Of a DNA stretch of 64,000 nt, positions 1 through 10,056 are shown piece by piece; position 1 is the stretch's first letter; each line of letters opens with the position of its first letter. The stretch is taken from the IMG/VR virus record IMGVR_UViG_3300027851_001140, positions 30,857-94,856 of that record; one strand, given 5' to 3'. This DNA comes from a virus. Made by a program: the position numbers and the translations under genes. Under the pieces are notes generated by a model. The model was not told the origin of the DNA and searched no databases. It saw only the letters and a program-made list of their open reading frames with translations.

Positions 1-1540
1 AATCAATAGCAGAATCTATTTGACAAGTAAGAGGCCCAGACGGCTGCAAAAGGGGAGAAGAAGAAACAAAGCTGGATCCGCAGGAAAGGTCAGATAAAGA
101 ACCTACTAAGGAAGAAACCGAGGACACATAGGAGTTCACCAGAGAAGACTGAGTTTCTATAAGAGACAATACAGTCTCCAAAGGATTTGACGTAGAAGCC
201 CCAGGAGTGCCAGGAGATCCCAATCCTCCTATTCCGCCTATGCCAGAAGGCACAGAAGGAATTCCAGTAGGAGCAAAGCTGGATGAGGAAAATGAAGACC
301 CAAAGAGACAGTCAAGAAGACCATTTGACAAATCATTGAATATAGAATTGGCTAGACTAAGTAGGTTTGTTAGGGTACCTAGTATTTCTGACACTACCTG
401 CTGGGCCTCTTCCATGGCAGCAGTAATAACCTGTAGCTGAGAAGAGATGGAGTTAGAGAGAGCTTCTGCGAGTGCGGCTGCATCACTTGACAATGAGGAC
501 AAGGAGTAAGTGAGAGAGGCTGCAATCTTAGATAGACCAAATGTAGAATCTACGTTTATAACCGAAAAAATGGACACACCTGGAGAAGAAAGGTCAGACA
601 CACCTGACGGACCTATGCTACCCGGAGAAGCCCTCAGGGCAGACCGCACACTGAGAGCGACATCATCAGAAGAAGGAAAGAATTCTATAGGCCCAGAAAC
701 TCGTGAAACTACAGCAGGGGCATCCGGACCAAAAGCGGCAGATAGTCTAGGTATATCTGCGGGGTCTCTGATTACAGAGACAGTAAAATTATCCCTATTT
801 GTGAGAGATACAGCGTCCACAAATTGAGAGTTGGTGAGGCCAAGAACTCTGGCCTTAGACCTAGAAGATTCAGAAGATTCGGGATTTCCTAACCAAAATA
901 TATACAACTTCAACTGGTCAATGGGCACGCCAGCTAAGAGGGAGGCTCGACTGAGAGGAATGTCCACTCCTACAGTTATTTCTTCTTCTACACGTACCTC
1001 TGGCGTACAGGAGGTGGCTTCTGTTACAGAAACTCGGATGTAGGTACACACCAAAATCATACGAGTTCTAACTCCTAACAAAGTAGAATACGTACGAGAA
1101 TCAGAGTCATCAGTAATAGGAGTCTCATCTAGGTCGGGAAAAGTATCGTATATTCGATCGAACCCACCTAAAACACGAGACAGAAGCTTAATGGGTGCGA
1201 TGTCTCTTGTTCCAGGAAGAATATATCTTCCATTGACTACGGATAGGTTGAACCTATCCCCTATAGTAGCCTCCAAATCAGCTGGAGATGATGGGTCTAC
1301 AAAAGATAGGCTGTTCATCACTTCTGAGGTACTGGTGTCCGCTGAAGCTAGAACGTAGTCTAAATTTCTACGAAGAGGGTCTAAAAAACTCTCTCTGAGA
1401 GATTCACCCTCTGTGCGAAGTGAGGCTAGTTGAGATCTGATGGATAAGAGCTGATCCCCCAACCTTTCCTGGTAGGAGAATAGAGCAGCGTCTAACTCCG
1501 AATCAAGTCTACAACGTAAGGTTGATAAGGATATGGGCAT
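1..1540 (-). CDS. Ser-rich hypothetical protein, probably virion/baseplate; runs off the left edge of the window
   Basis: Not in the ORF track. ATG at 1540 overlaps the TAA of the upstream gene (TAATG). Manual translation (MPISLSTLRCRLDSELDAALFSYQERL...) stays open to position 2. Confidence 0.8.
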   Translation of the reverse strand, partial: MPISLSTLRCRLDSELDAALFSYQERLGDQLLSIRSQLASLRTEGESLRESFLDPLRRNLDYVLASADTSTSEVMNSLSFVDPSSPADLEATIGDRFNLSVVNGRYILPGTRDIAPIKLLSRVLGGFDRIYDTFPDLDETPITDDSDSRTYSTLLGVRTRMILVCTYIRVSVTEATSCTPEVRVEEEITVGVDIPLSRASLLAGVPIDQLKLYIFWLGNPESSESSRSKARVLGLTNSQFVDAVSLTNRDNFTVSVIRDPADIPRLSAAFGPDAPAVVSRVSGPIEFFPSSDDVALSVRSALRASPGSIGPSGVSDLSSPGVSIFSVINVDSTFGLSKIAASLTYSLSSLSSDAAALAEALSNSISSQLQVITAAMEEAQQVVSEILGTLTNLLSLANSIFNDLSNGLLDCLFGSSFSSSSFAPTGIPSVPSGIGGIGGLGSPGTPGASTSNPLETVLSLIETQSSLVNSYVSSVSSLVGSLSDLSCGSSFVSSSPLLQPSGPLTCQIDSAID

Positions 1541-2133
1541 TAAACTGTGGTGGGCTCTTGAATGTTAAGAACTAACTCAAACTGAGTCTTGGCGTAGCCG
1601 ATCTCCTGAACAAATCCGCCAGGAAGAGGAGAGGGAGATGAAGTTATTTCTCCTCCAGCACCTACATAGTATAAGGAGTCTGGCGTAAGTGGAAGGAAAG
1701 AAAATCCCATACCTATATTGTACAAAAAACTGCCTATATTCTGCACTGAAACGGTAGACACAGTAGGGGAAGAGACCACTACCCCTATAGCAGGACCGAA
1801 AGACAAACTGGAAAAGTCAACGGCATCTACTGTGTCGGAGCTTACCTGATACACCCACTGTCCTGCAGTTAGAGGAGAAGCAGAATTAAACAATAGTGTA
1901 GGTATAGATGAAGGTCCACCCTGAATAAGAGAGTAAAGAGTCTGTATGTTCTGCTCTATGTAGTCATAAGAGGGGTTTTGTACAGAGGTTAAAGCTTCCG
2001 CCCAAGCATCAACAACAGTACCGTAGTCGGCTGACCCTCCGTTGTTTATGGCAGAAACGTTTTGACGCTGACGTAAAAAGTTCTTTATAGCTTGGGCTAG
2101 AGTGAGTGGGTCTATGGCGGGAAACTGAGGCAT
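1540..2133 (-). CDS. Virion structural protein with cement/DUF2190-like C-terminal half
   Basis: AGGAG RBS; pattern LTAGQWVY...AIGVV...LTPDSLYYVGAGGEITSSP...VQEIGYA typical of small phage structural beta domains. Confidence 0.45.
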   Translation of the reverse strand: MPQFPAIDPLTLAQAIKNFLRQRQNVSAINNGGSADYGTVVDAWAEALTSVQNPSYDYIEQNIQTLYSLIQGGPSSIPTLLFNSASPLTAGQWVYQVSSDTVDAVDFSSLSFGPAIGVVVSSPTVSTVSVQNIGSFLYNIGMGFSFLPLTPDSLYYVGAGGEITSSPSPLPGGFVQEIGYAKTQFELVLNIQEPTTV

Positions 2134-2159
2134 GATAGCTCCTTATACGTAAGATAACA

Positions 2160-2612
2160 TCAGCTCCAGTTAATTACACCACCTCCCCCTGCGGGCACAG
2201 CTGTTCCTGTACGTATCCATGTGTCTATTCGTGAGGAAAAACGTTGAGCAGCCTCAAGATGTGTAGAAGGAGGAGAAGCTTGGAATAGAATTAGAAATCC
2301 GACCAAACCAGGAGGCGGAGTGGCGGCAAAAGCGGGGGCCATACCCGCAGCCACCGTAGCCGCAAACACTGCCCATGCCCCTTCCATGGCAGAAGCGGTG
2401 GCGGATGCGATGACAGATGTCTCAAAAATGGAAGCCAAAGTAGAGGATAGTACCAATTGAGCGGCTTCTACAGTGACAGAGGGAGGAGAAATAGATAACG
2501 CGTAATCACGCATACATCCCGCCCACGACTCAGCGCAGCCTAAAGCAGTGTCAGGCGGAGAAGAAAAGAACGACTCAAAAGAACTTGATAGAGTATCTAC
2601 TACAAGGGCCAT
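2160..2612 (-). CDS. Hypothetical baseplate-region protein
   Basis: 150 aa ORF, TAATG-coupled to the upstream spike-like gene. Confidence 0.6.
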   Translation of the reverse strand: MALVVDTLSSSFESFFSSPPDTALGCAESWAGCMRDYALSISPPSVTVEAAQLVLSSTLASIFETSVIASATASAMEGAWAVFAATVAAGMAPAFAATPPPGLVGFLILFQASPPSTHLEAAQRFSSRIDTWIRTGTAVPAGGGGVINWS

Positions 2613-3754
2613 TATTCAACAAATACCTTAGTACTAAGAACGTTGGTAAATCGTACTTCAACGTCAGAGGTAAGAAACGCAGCGGGCCCAGTAGAGGTAA
2701 GTACCCTTGCATCTCTGAGCCATTGCCTCATTTCCTCTCCTCGCATAGCGGGTTCTGTGGCCTCGGCTCCATGTTTTATCTTGGTTCCTTCAATCTCTAC
2801 TGTTTGCTCTGCGTCAAGAAGGAAATTTCTACTTACATTGTGTATCTCGTCTCTTCCAACGGAAATCTTAACGTCTGACTTTTTCACGTCCAAACTAAAT
2901 CCGTAAGAGGAGTTGTCGGGAAGAATGACGCTCACATTACCTTCTACGTCCACTTCCACAGAAGTTTCTTCGAGTCTAACTGTTCCATACTTGGATAGAC
3001 TTCTAAGCTTCTTTCCAGTAACAGAAGACGTAGCCTCCTGTCCCTCATCGTCTACTACATGACCTTCCCTATGGTCTACAAGAGTATATGGGGGCGCCTT
3101 ACTTTCTAAGGTTCGTAGGTATTCTTTAGCAAAAACCTCATCTCCTCCTTCAGGAGTGACTCTGATCCACTGGTCCTGGGTTTGGTCTGTTTCAGTTTTA
3201 CGTTTCACCACCCCAAAACGAATCTCGCTGGATATCTCTGAAATGTTGTTGTCGAGCGTTCTATGAATTATTGTTGGAGCCTTAACATTTGCCTCCAATC
3301 TAGGAACGTCTAGGGTGTACTGCATGGGTCCACCCCGCAGAGATAGAGTACCATCTTGACTAAAATGGGCAGAGGCCAGGCCCTTTGACGTTATATCAAT
3401 TTCCCCCTCAAGAAGTCTTCGGTAATAGAACCTATTCTCTGCGTACGTAGCTCTAATTTGAAGACTAGCTATGGATTCGGCCATGTAAGCAGAAGCAAAT
3501 GTTTCTCCAGAATCCACTCGACTATCTAAAATCATACGAGTGGCGCGCTCAGGCATTACCCTTATCCAGGAAGATGGACCAAGGTAAGGATGTGTTATAG
3601 GGGCACTTCGACCGGCGCGAGGTCCGGAGTAGATAAACGTGTCCTCTTCTGGATTGATAGAGGTGATCACAGCTCCGTAGGGGCGAACAGCATACTGCTC
3701 ATCCCCCGAAAAGTGCCTCTTAGCGTCACGTAATGTTCTTCCAATGGCACTCAT
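2612..3754 (-). CDS. Putative baseplate central spike (gp5/gpV-like)
   Basis: N-terminal OB-like region, beta-rich middle, C-terminus EPAMRGEEMRQWL...TSTGPA...VLSTKVFVE; directly follows the hub gene. Confidence 0.55.
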   Translation of the reverse strand: MSAIGRTLRDAKRHFSGDEQYAVRPYGAVITSINPEEDTFIYSGPRAGRSAPITHPYLGPSSWIRVMPERATRMILDSRVDSGETFASAYMAESIASLQIRATYAENRFYYRRLLEGEIDITSKGLASAHFSQDGTLSLRGGPMQYTLDVPRLEANVKAPTIIHRTLDNNISEISSEIRFGVVKRKTETDQTQDQWIRVTPEGGDEVFAKEYLRTLESKAPPYTLVDHREGHVVDDEGQEATSSVTGKKLRSLSKYGTVRLEETSVEVDVEGNVSVILPDNSSYGFSLDVKKSDVKISVGRDEIHNVSRNFLLDAEQTVEIEGTKIKHGAEATEPAMRGEEMRQWLRDARVLTSTGPAAFLTSDVEVRFTNVLSTKVFVE

Positions 3755-6700
3755 GTCGACCTTCTCCGTGCGTCCTCTGCGGTCTCTCGCGTAAGTCGTC
3801 TACGATTTGTTATAGGCTCTCCTGCCTGGCGCTCGGAGGATCCTTCATACCTCTCAGGCGGGCACTCGTTTGGAGGAACAGAATCCGCAAACAAAGCCAC
3901 CTGCTGATCCCGTACCGTAGCGTACGCTGTAATAGCCCTCTGTCTGCGCTCATTTATGGCAAGAGCCCTTTGTCTATCAGCTTCCAGATTTCGCCTTCTC
4001 TGAGCGGTGGCATCAGGTGGTATCTCAGGGACAGGCTCTGGAACAAACCTGGTGGGCTCTGCAGCCAATCGCAAGGCAGGAATACCCTTTAATCCAAAAC
4101 CACTGTAGTAGTCTTCTAGAGAAATTACATCGCTATCGGGTCCTGGTCTTCCTACAGTTTCTGCCTGAGAAAACGGCAAACTGTTAGGAATAGGGTTGTA
4201 GAAAAGAACATGACGTGAAACGAACCCCAATGAACCATCTCTACGCCGCAAGAAAGATAGATTGAATCTTTCCACCAGCTCAGGGTCCCACCGTTGAAGA
4301 ATATTTGTGCTAGAATCTCCAACTCCCGACACGACTCGAATACTTCCTTGAATACGAAGGGCCTCTACTGCCGTGAGTAAGGATAGATTAGAAGTTCTAC
4401 GATTTACGATCGTAAATCTCTTGCCGTCACCCACATAGTTTTGAAAAGTAGGGGATCCGCTTATAGCCCCAGTCTCAAAATGAAGATGAGTAAGAGTACT
4501 GCGGTCTTCTGTTCCAGAAAATCCTACACGAGCAATGGGTTGATTTCTCTTAACGGTCGCTCCTACGTCAACTCCAGATTCTAGTGAATTAAGATGACGA
4601 TAGAACGTGACGAATCCGTCAGCATGAATAAGTCCAAGAGACATACCCTGTCCAGGGAGGCCGTCTCTAGCAACAGAAGGACGTACGTAAAAAACTATTC
4701 CGTCTGAAACTGCGTACACGAGTTCGTCGAGGTCCATGGGGATGTCCACCCCAGGATGCCAACTTCCGTTTCTCAGACCAAAGCCAGAGGTGACTATGCG
4801 AGGAAATTCCCCAGCAAACTGCCAGGTTCCTACCCCACGATCAATAATATCTTGGTCAGGAATCTGGCCACGAGCGTAAGCATCAAGCAAAGAACTTCTC
4901 TCGCTGGAACGAAGAGATCTCTTCCATGCGGCCCACCTTGGTACCACACGAGGAGCGGGCCCCGCAGGAGAACTATAAAACCTAGGGTCTCCCGGAAAGC
5001 AAGTAACTTCTTCCTCCGCAGGAGATACCTCTGGCGGCTCGTACTCCTCACTCGGAGAATACGTAGAGCGAACTCCAGTAGTACCTAACCTTGGACGGGC
5101 ACCGCCAGACGCGAACTCTGCTCCGGCATTAACATTCCTAGACCGTAAATCGTCCAATATAGACTGAGAACGTTCGGTAAGATCTCGAAGTCGCTGCTGC
5201 CTTTCCTCAGGAGTTAGCGCACCTGCACTTCTAGTGAGTTCATCTATCTCGGCTTGAAGCTGCCTAAATTCTGTAACTATGGGGTCGTCTTCTCCTTCAG
5301 CACGGTCTACAGGTCCCAAAAAGGCAGCGTTAATGACATTGTATGTGGATTGGCCACTAGGTATGATGGCCCTGTACCTATCCCTGAGAGAGGAAAACTG
5401 TTCTTGAGTAAGGGAATCGTTGTCAGTTGATATAGTAGTAAGGGCGGCCTTAAAATCCTGTACGCGACGTTGAAGAGACTGAACTAACGACAATACTCCG
5501 TCCTGAGGTTGAGCAAAATACATGGGGTTGGCTGGACCCCCAGTTATGTACCTTGGTATCCCTAACTCATCGTAACTTCTGCTGTAGTTGAGAGTTACGT
5601 TCATAGATGGCGGCTGTTGTCCTGCGATGGCGCCCGCAGTAACAGGGAGAGTCCACGAAATTCCGTCTATGAGAGCTAGCCTCTCTCTATAGCGGTTGAA
5701 CACTGGTCTGTTTAGAGTGAGCCATGGCCTAAACACCAACCCAATCTGATACTTGTCAGCAGAAGACAGCAGCTTTTGAAACTCTAACGTAGCCAACTGC
5801 TCAAGCCTAGCCAAGTCAGTGATTTGTGAATAATTTAGGACCTTTATTCTCAGACCAAGCCTAGAGGCCAAACTGGGAGACCACACGCCAAGAGATCTTC
5901 CAGGATTAAGAGGAATAATTCCTCCCTCGTTTATGTTGGTAAGACCGACGTAAGACCCGTTGGCTACTACTCCAGTAACAATCTCTCCTCCCTCTTCATC
6001 GAAGGAAGAATTTAGCAAATGATGGTCTAACGTGAAAACTTCTGACCAGGTCCCATAATCGGAAGGGTCGAAGTCGTACTGGGCAAACTCAAATATTAGG
6101 TCGCCACACCCAGACACCCAAAATCTATAGTCGGCAGTCTCACAGGCGTCGGCCAACATCTGAAGTCTGTTGGTCCAGTTCAAGTTTTGAGCAACAGGCT
6201 GGTCCGCTATGAGCGTACGATCCCATAAGGAATCACTAGGAGTGGTCGGACCAGGGGTAAGAAAATGCACTCCTTGAGCTTCGGGATGCCAGGCAGCTTC
6301 TCGTCTAGTAAACCTTCCTGCAGTCCTTACTTCATTTTCCGTCCAATAACGTCTATTTCTAGGAGAATAGTCAGGAGCAGCGTCGGTTACAGCAAGACTT
6401 TGCCGTGGAGAAAAGTTAAACCTAGCGGGAGTCCCAAAAAGACACAGATTATGCCATCCTTGCATACGTCGCCGGATAGATCTCGATGTTTCAGCTCTAT
6501 TTCCATTTATAGACGGAAAATAGGCCTCATCAGCGTAAGACCGAGGAGGGTCTCCCGGAAGGGAGCCTTGCCACGGAAAAACCCCAGGGCGCATTCTTCC
6601 CACACGTCCAGACCCTACATTGATAGCCACGCGTCGTTGAGGTCTGGAGGGGTTGGACGTGGATCCTGCGTCCGCCCCAGGAGGAGGAACGGGATCAGAA

Positions 6701-8166
6701 GGTATTTGGGCCTCATCAATCTCACTGAGACTGGTGTCTACTAAATCTCCAGATTCGTTTATGGAAGAAGGATCTAGGCCGAAGCCAGACAAATCTGACA
6801 ATAATCGTCTATATTGTGTCAGTTCTTCAGAAGAAAGTACTCCCTCTCCTCCTTGTCTAACACGAGACAACAACGGACTAAGCTCGGCAGCTACTGCACG
6901 AGCTTCATCTGCGGCCGTAGACCTAGAAGAGGATAGGTTTCTAATGGCTCTGGCATCAGCATCTGACTGGAATCCAGGAGGAAGATCCCGAAAAAATGTT
7001 AGCGAAGCTACCATTTCGGGTAGGTTGTAGGAAGACCATGGATTAGTAAAAGTGCTACCTCTGACAAGATCACTGAAGAATCCGTCATTGAACTCCTGGT
7101 TAACTGCCTCAGAGTCAAAGGACCTGAATACGTCAATCCCGGACAAGGTCAAGTTATTTGTGGGGTCTGCTGACCCTGATGTCTGGCTACTAGGAAGTAC
7201 TGCCAACATTGTGTTGGAGTTTACACGCATCTGTGCCATCAGATGGCGTATGTCAGCACAAGATACCTGCACAGTGTTGAGCCCGTTGATGTAGTCTTCT
7301 GTAGTAGGTTTTGAAATGATGAACCCAGTAAAAACTGGTATCCACTCATCCAACTCAGAAGAGGGGTTATGAATCCACACCCTAACTGCATCATTTCGGT
7401 GAAATATAGACCCCCACAAATGAAGCGGAAAGCGTCTTCCTCCCGACATTGGGTCTATGGGGTTTCTTCCTATGTCTTTCTTAGACTCGAAGAGTTCTGC
7501 CTTTATAGACTCATCGTAGTCAAAAGAATTACCTTGACCACGAGGAGAGGACCTTCGGAATATTCCTCTAAGATTCTCAGGGGTGATAGTGAACCGGTGA
7601 CCTGCGTTGTCTAACGTAAAGTCACACTTATTAAAGTCTGCGCCAGCGCCATAAGACACAGATATAGTTCCGGTAAGAAACGGACTTACATCTTGACCTT
7701 CGATGTACACAATAGCATCATGGTAATATACTTGGTGAGTCTGTTCCTTAAAGAAGTGAGGAGCAGACCCTCCTCTGCGCACAGGGGCCGCTTCTCGACT
7801 TGCGGTAGGGGTAGACTGGCTTCTACGAGGGTCAGCAGGCTCCTGTGGCCTGATAGCCGCTCCTCCTGTTCCTGCGGAATCCCTACTTCTACGAGGGTCA
7901 GGAGATCTTCCATCCGGATCCTCTTCTGAGGAGGAGGCAGAAAGAATGGAAGAGGCATCTCGTTGAGCACGTTCTCTGTCTTGTCGTGGAGTACGTCCGG
8001 AAGCAGTAGGAGTGGAGTCTAGGGAGGGAGGAGGACTAGGCACTCCCTCTTGTGGGTCACCTGGAACTTGTTCTATTAGTTCTGGACGACGTAAAAGTGC
8101 CTCTCCCGGTTCTGGAAGAAGTCGTCCCATGGCTCCGCTTATTACTCTAGTTCTGTTTCCGGCCAT
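3751..8166 (-). CDS. Baseplate hub-like protein with C-terminal M23 metallopeptidase
   Basis: M23 motifs HPGVD, YRHL, HLHFE (about 4470-4800); hub-like motifs IVYIEGQDVS, VFTGFI, YRFWVSGCGDLIFE. Confidence 0.7.
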   Translation of the reverse strand: MAGNRTRVISGAMGRLLPEPGEALLRRPELIEQVPGDPQEGVPSPPPSLDSTPTASGRTPRQDRERAQRDASSILSASSSEEDPDGRSPDPRRSRDSAGTGGAAIRPQEPADPRRSQSTPTASREAAPVRRGGSAPHFFKEQTHQVYYHDAIVYIEGQDVSPFLTGTISVSYGAGADFNKCDFTLDNAGHRFTITPENLRGIFRRSSPRGQGNSFDYDESIKAELFESKKDIGRNPIDPMSGGRRFPLHLWGSIFHRNDAVRVWIHNPSSELDEWIPVFTGFIISKPTTEDYINGLNTVQVSCADIRHLMAQMRVNSNTMLAVLPSSQTSGSADPTNNLTLSGIDVFRSFDSEAVNQEFNDGFFSDLVRGSTFTNPWSSYNLPEMVASLTFFRDLPPGFQSDADARAIRNLSSSRSTAADEARAVAAELSPLLSRVRQGGEGVLSSEELTQYRRLLSDLSGFGLDPSSINESGDLVDTSLSEIDEAQIPSDPVPPPGADAGSTSNPSRPQRRVAINVGSGRVGRMRPGVFPWQGSLPGDPPRSYADEAYFPSINGNRAETSRSIRRRMQGWHNLCLFGTPARFNFSPRQSLAVTDAAPDYSPRNRRYWTENEVRTAGRFTRREAAWHPEAQGVHFLTPGPTTPSDSLWDRTLIADQPVAQNLNWTNRLQMLADACETADYRFWVSGCGDLIFEFAQYDFDPSDYGTWSEVFTLDHHLLNSSFDEEGGEIVTGVVANGSYVGLTNINEGGIIPLNPGRSLGVWSPSLASRLGLRIKVLNYSQITDLARLEQLATLEFQKLLSSADKYQIGLVFRPWLTLNRPVFNRYRERLALIDGISWTLPVTAGAIAGQQPPSMNVTLNYSRSYDELGIPRYITGGPANPMYFAQPQDGVLSLVQSLQRRVQDFKAALTTISTDNDSLTQEQFSSLRDRYRAIIPSGQSTYNVINAAFLGPVDRAEGEDDPIVTEFRQLQAEIDELTRSAGALTPEERQQRLRDLTERSQSILDDLRSRNVNAGAEFASGGARPRLGTTGVRSTYSPSEEYEPPEVSPAEEEVTCFPGDPRFYSSPAGPAPRVVPRWAAWKRSLRSSERSSLLDAYARGQIPDQDIIDRGVGTWQFAGEFPRIVTSGFGLRNGSWHPGVDIPMDLDELVYAVSDGIVFYVRPSVARDGLPGQGMSLGLIHADGFVTFYRHLNSLESGVDVGATVKRNQPIARVGFSGTEDRSTLTHLHFETGAISGSPTFQNYVGDGKRFTIVNRRTSNLSLLTAVEALRIQGSIRVVSGVGDSSTNILQRWDPELVERFNLSFLRRRDGSLGFVSRHVLFYNPIPNSLPFSQAETVGRPGPDSDVISLEDYYSGFGLKGIPALRLAAEPTRFVPEPVPEIPPDATAQRRRNLEADRQRALAINERRQRAITAYATVRDQQVALFADSVPPNECPPERYEGSSERQAGEPITNRRRLTRETAEDARRRST

Positions 8167-8187
8167 TACTTCTTCCCAAAAGATAAG

Positions 8188-8781
8188 TCATTCCTGGCTT
8201 TTCGGCAAATTAGACCTAGAATAAAGTATGTGTTCCCTAGACTTGTCTAAGTACAGAGCGGCCATCTGACTTTTGACCAGCAAATCTGTGTGATAATGAT
8301 ACCAAGGGTCTATAGACAATGAGTCAGATACTCCGATGGTAGGAATCATGTCATGAGAGTACACCAATTCCATCCCGCATCTTCCGCCGCCCATTAGATT
8401 ACAGTCCACGAAATAGATGTCAGAGCGAGACAAGACGTACAAGTCTAAAAGAACTCTAAATTCAGAAGACCCAGGATTAGACAAAGCTAGGTTTGATATC
8501 TTTTCTATGTCTGGTGACACTAAAGCGTCTATGAGGCGAGACGGAAAACCTCTAGATAGACGAATGCTCATCTCGTGAGCCTGAGCCACCTGTTCTCCTC
8601 TTCCTTTTAGAACTGAGAGAAGCTCTGGGGTCACACTCCCGCCAGAAATAAAAAATCTGTAGGGATGGGACTCCTTTTCTGTCATTTCCTTTTGGAGAAG
8701 AGACGACATCCAGTGAGGTACGTCAGAAGACTCAGCCGGGTATCCGAGATACACTACAATCTTATCGTCAGTAAAAGACAT
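8188..8781 (-). CDS. Nucleoside 2-deoxyribosyltransferase-like fold protein
   Basis: VYLGYP...DLYVLSRSDIYFVD...GRCGMELVYS resembles the NDT pattern D..I..AD.....GT..E.GYA. Confidence 0.4.
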   Translation of the reverse strand: MSFTDDKIVVYLGYPAESSDVPHWMSSLLQKEMTEKESHPYRFFISGGSVTPELLSVLKGRGEQVAQAHEMSIRLSRGFPSRLIDALVSPDIEKISNLALSNPGSSEFRVLLDLYVLSRSDIYFVDCNLMGGGRCGMELVYSHDMIPTIGVSDSLSIDPWYHYHTDLLVKSQMAALYLDKSREHILYSRSNLPKSQE

Positions 8782-9212
8782 CAGGTGACCTTAGAGTGAC
8801 GGGAGAACTCTTTATCGATGACATTCCTAACTATTAGGTCTAAATCACTTGGATTTAGACCCATATGTTCTCCTAGCTTCCTAACAAAATGAACTTCTTC
8901 CAACTTCGATAGAAGAGAGTCCAAATCCTTGTGTTCTATGCGTAAAGCTTCTGGGTCTCCTATCTCGTTGGACAACTCGGACAGCTTAGCTGTAGCAAGA
9001 GACACTGCTTTGTAGTAGGAGATGCTGCGTATAAATCTAGAGCGAAGATAGCCATACAAGGCAGAAGAGTGAGACTCTGACTCCTCTGCGTGTACGCCAA
9101 ACAGCTTGGTTGCAAGACCAAGTATATCGTCAGCAGAAAACTCCTCAAACTCCTCGGCTAGAAGATCGTCATCGGAGGAATCCGGGAGTTCTTCTTCAGA
9201 AGAATCTATCAC
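8781..9212 (-). CDS. Hypothetical protein
   Basis: 143 aa ORF overlapping both neighbours at start/stop codons. Confidence 0.65.
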   Translation of the reverse strand: MIDSSEEELPDSSDDDLLAEEFEEFSADDILGLATKLFGVHAEESESHSSALYGYLRSRFIRSISYYKAVSLATAKLSELSNEIGDPEALRIEHKDLDSLLSKLEEVHFVRKLGEHMGLNPSDLDLIVRNVIDKEFSRHSKVT

Positions 9213-9778
9213 GACCTATCCCCCTTCAAAGATTTCGACAATCCTCCCTCGTACATCATCTCTTTAACGATCTCAACCTGAAGTTTCAGTATGTTGAAAC
9301 TCTGATTTACGTTTTTAGAAACTATCTCAGCAGCAGACACTACACGCTTTACTGCAGAAAGCCTGTCCTCTATCTCCGGACATGTGAGAGATACCACCGC
9401 ATTTCTTTGCGCATCGTTCTTTAGAAGAATGACTTCCTTTTTCATAAAGAGAGTGGAACGTACAACATCATGAAGTCTCTCCAATTTTCCTCTCATGTTG
9501 TCGTAAGATAGTATGACTTCAGCCGCTCTATCCTTGATAGATTGCAGTTCGGCAGCAACAGCAAGTCCCCTATTCAGGTCGGACGGGCCTCTTATGGTAC
9601 GAGTTGACTCCTCGCCCTCTCTAAGGAAGGGGAAATAAGAGTGTAGCTCTCCTATGATGGTTACATCTGGCTTGAGGTTCTTTTTGCACGCAGACCTTAT
9701 GGCGTTTTCTACCACAGGTTCAGCCCTATATGCGTCTGCCCTTGCTTGCCAAATTCCTATGTCGTCTTCCACGGTCAT
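9209..9778 (-). CDS. Hypothetical helical protein (possible recombination mediator)
   Basis: 189 aa, coupled within the sbcD/recA cluster; function inferred from position only. Confidence 0.55.
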   Translation of the reverse strand: MTVEDDIGIWQARADAYRAEPVVENAIRSACKKNLKPDVTIIGELHSYFPFLREGEESTRTIRGPSDLNRGLAVAAELQSIKDRAAEVILSYDNMRGKLERLHDVVRSTLFMKKEVILLKNDAQRNAVVSLTCPEIEDRLSAVKRVVSAAEIVSKNVNQSFNILKLQVEIVKEMMYEGGLSKSLKGDRS

Positions 9779-10056
9779 CTAAGCACCATAATCTTCATGT
9801 TAGGTTTGGTAGGAAGTACCGGAGCAGGTACTAAAGGTCGGATGAAAAGCCATGCGTTGTTCTGCATCACAAAATCAACAGCGCTGACTCGACTTTTTAT
9901 GATAGTAGAGAACCAAGAATGTATCTCTTCTACCTTCTGGTCGAAGAATTCAATATCGTAGCCATCATCTGGACGAGAGGGGTCGGAATGAGTATCGACC
10001 AAAAGAAGCACATGGTGTGTCTTAAGTGACTCCCATACTGGATTGTAGTCAGACAT
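9775..10056 (-). CDS. Hypothetical protein
   Basis: 93 aa ORF overlapping its neighbours in the operon. Confidence 0.6.
   Translation of the reverse strand: MSDYNPVWESLKTHHVLLLVDTHSDPSRPDDGYDIEFFDQKVEEIHSWFSTIIKSRVSAVDFVMQNNAWLFIRPLVPAPVLPTKPNMKIMVLR

Noticed and set aside
207-1043. Three plus-strand ORFs in the track
   Set aside because: Antisense shadows of the continuous minus-strand ORF 1-1540.
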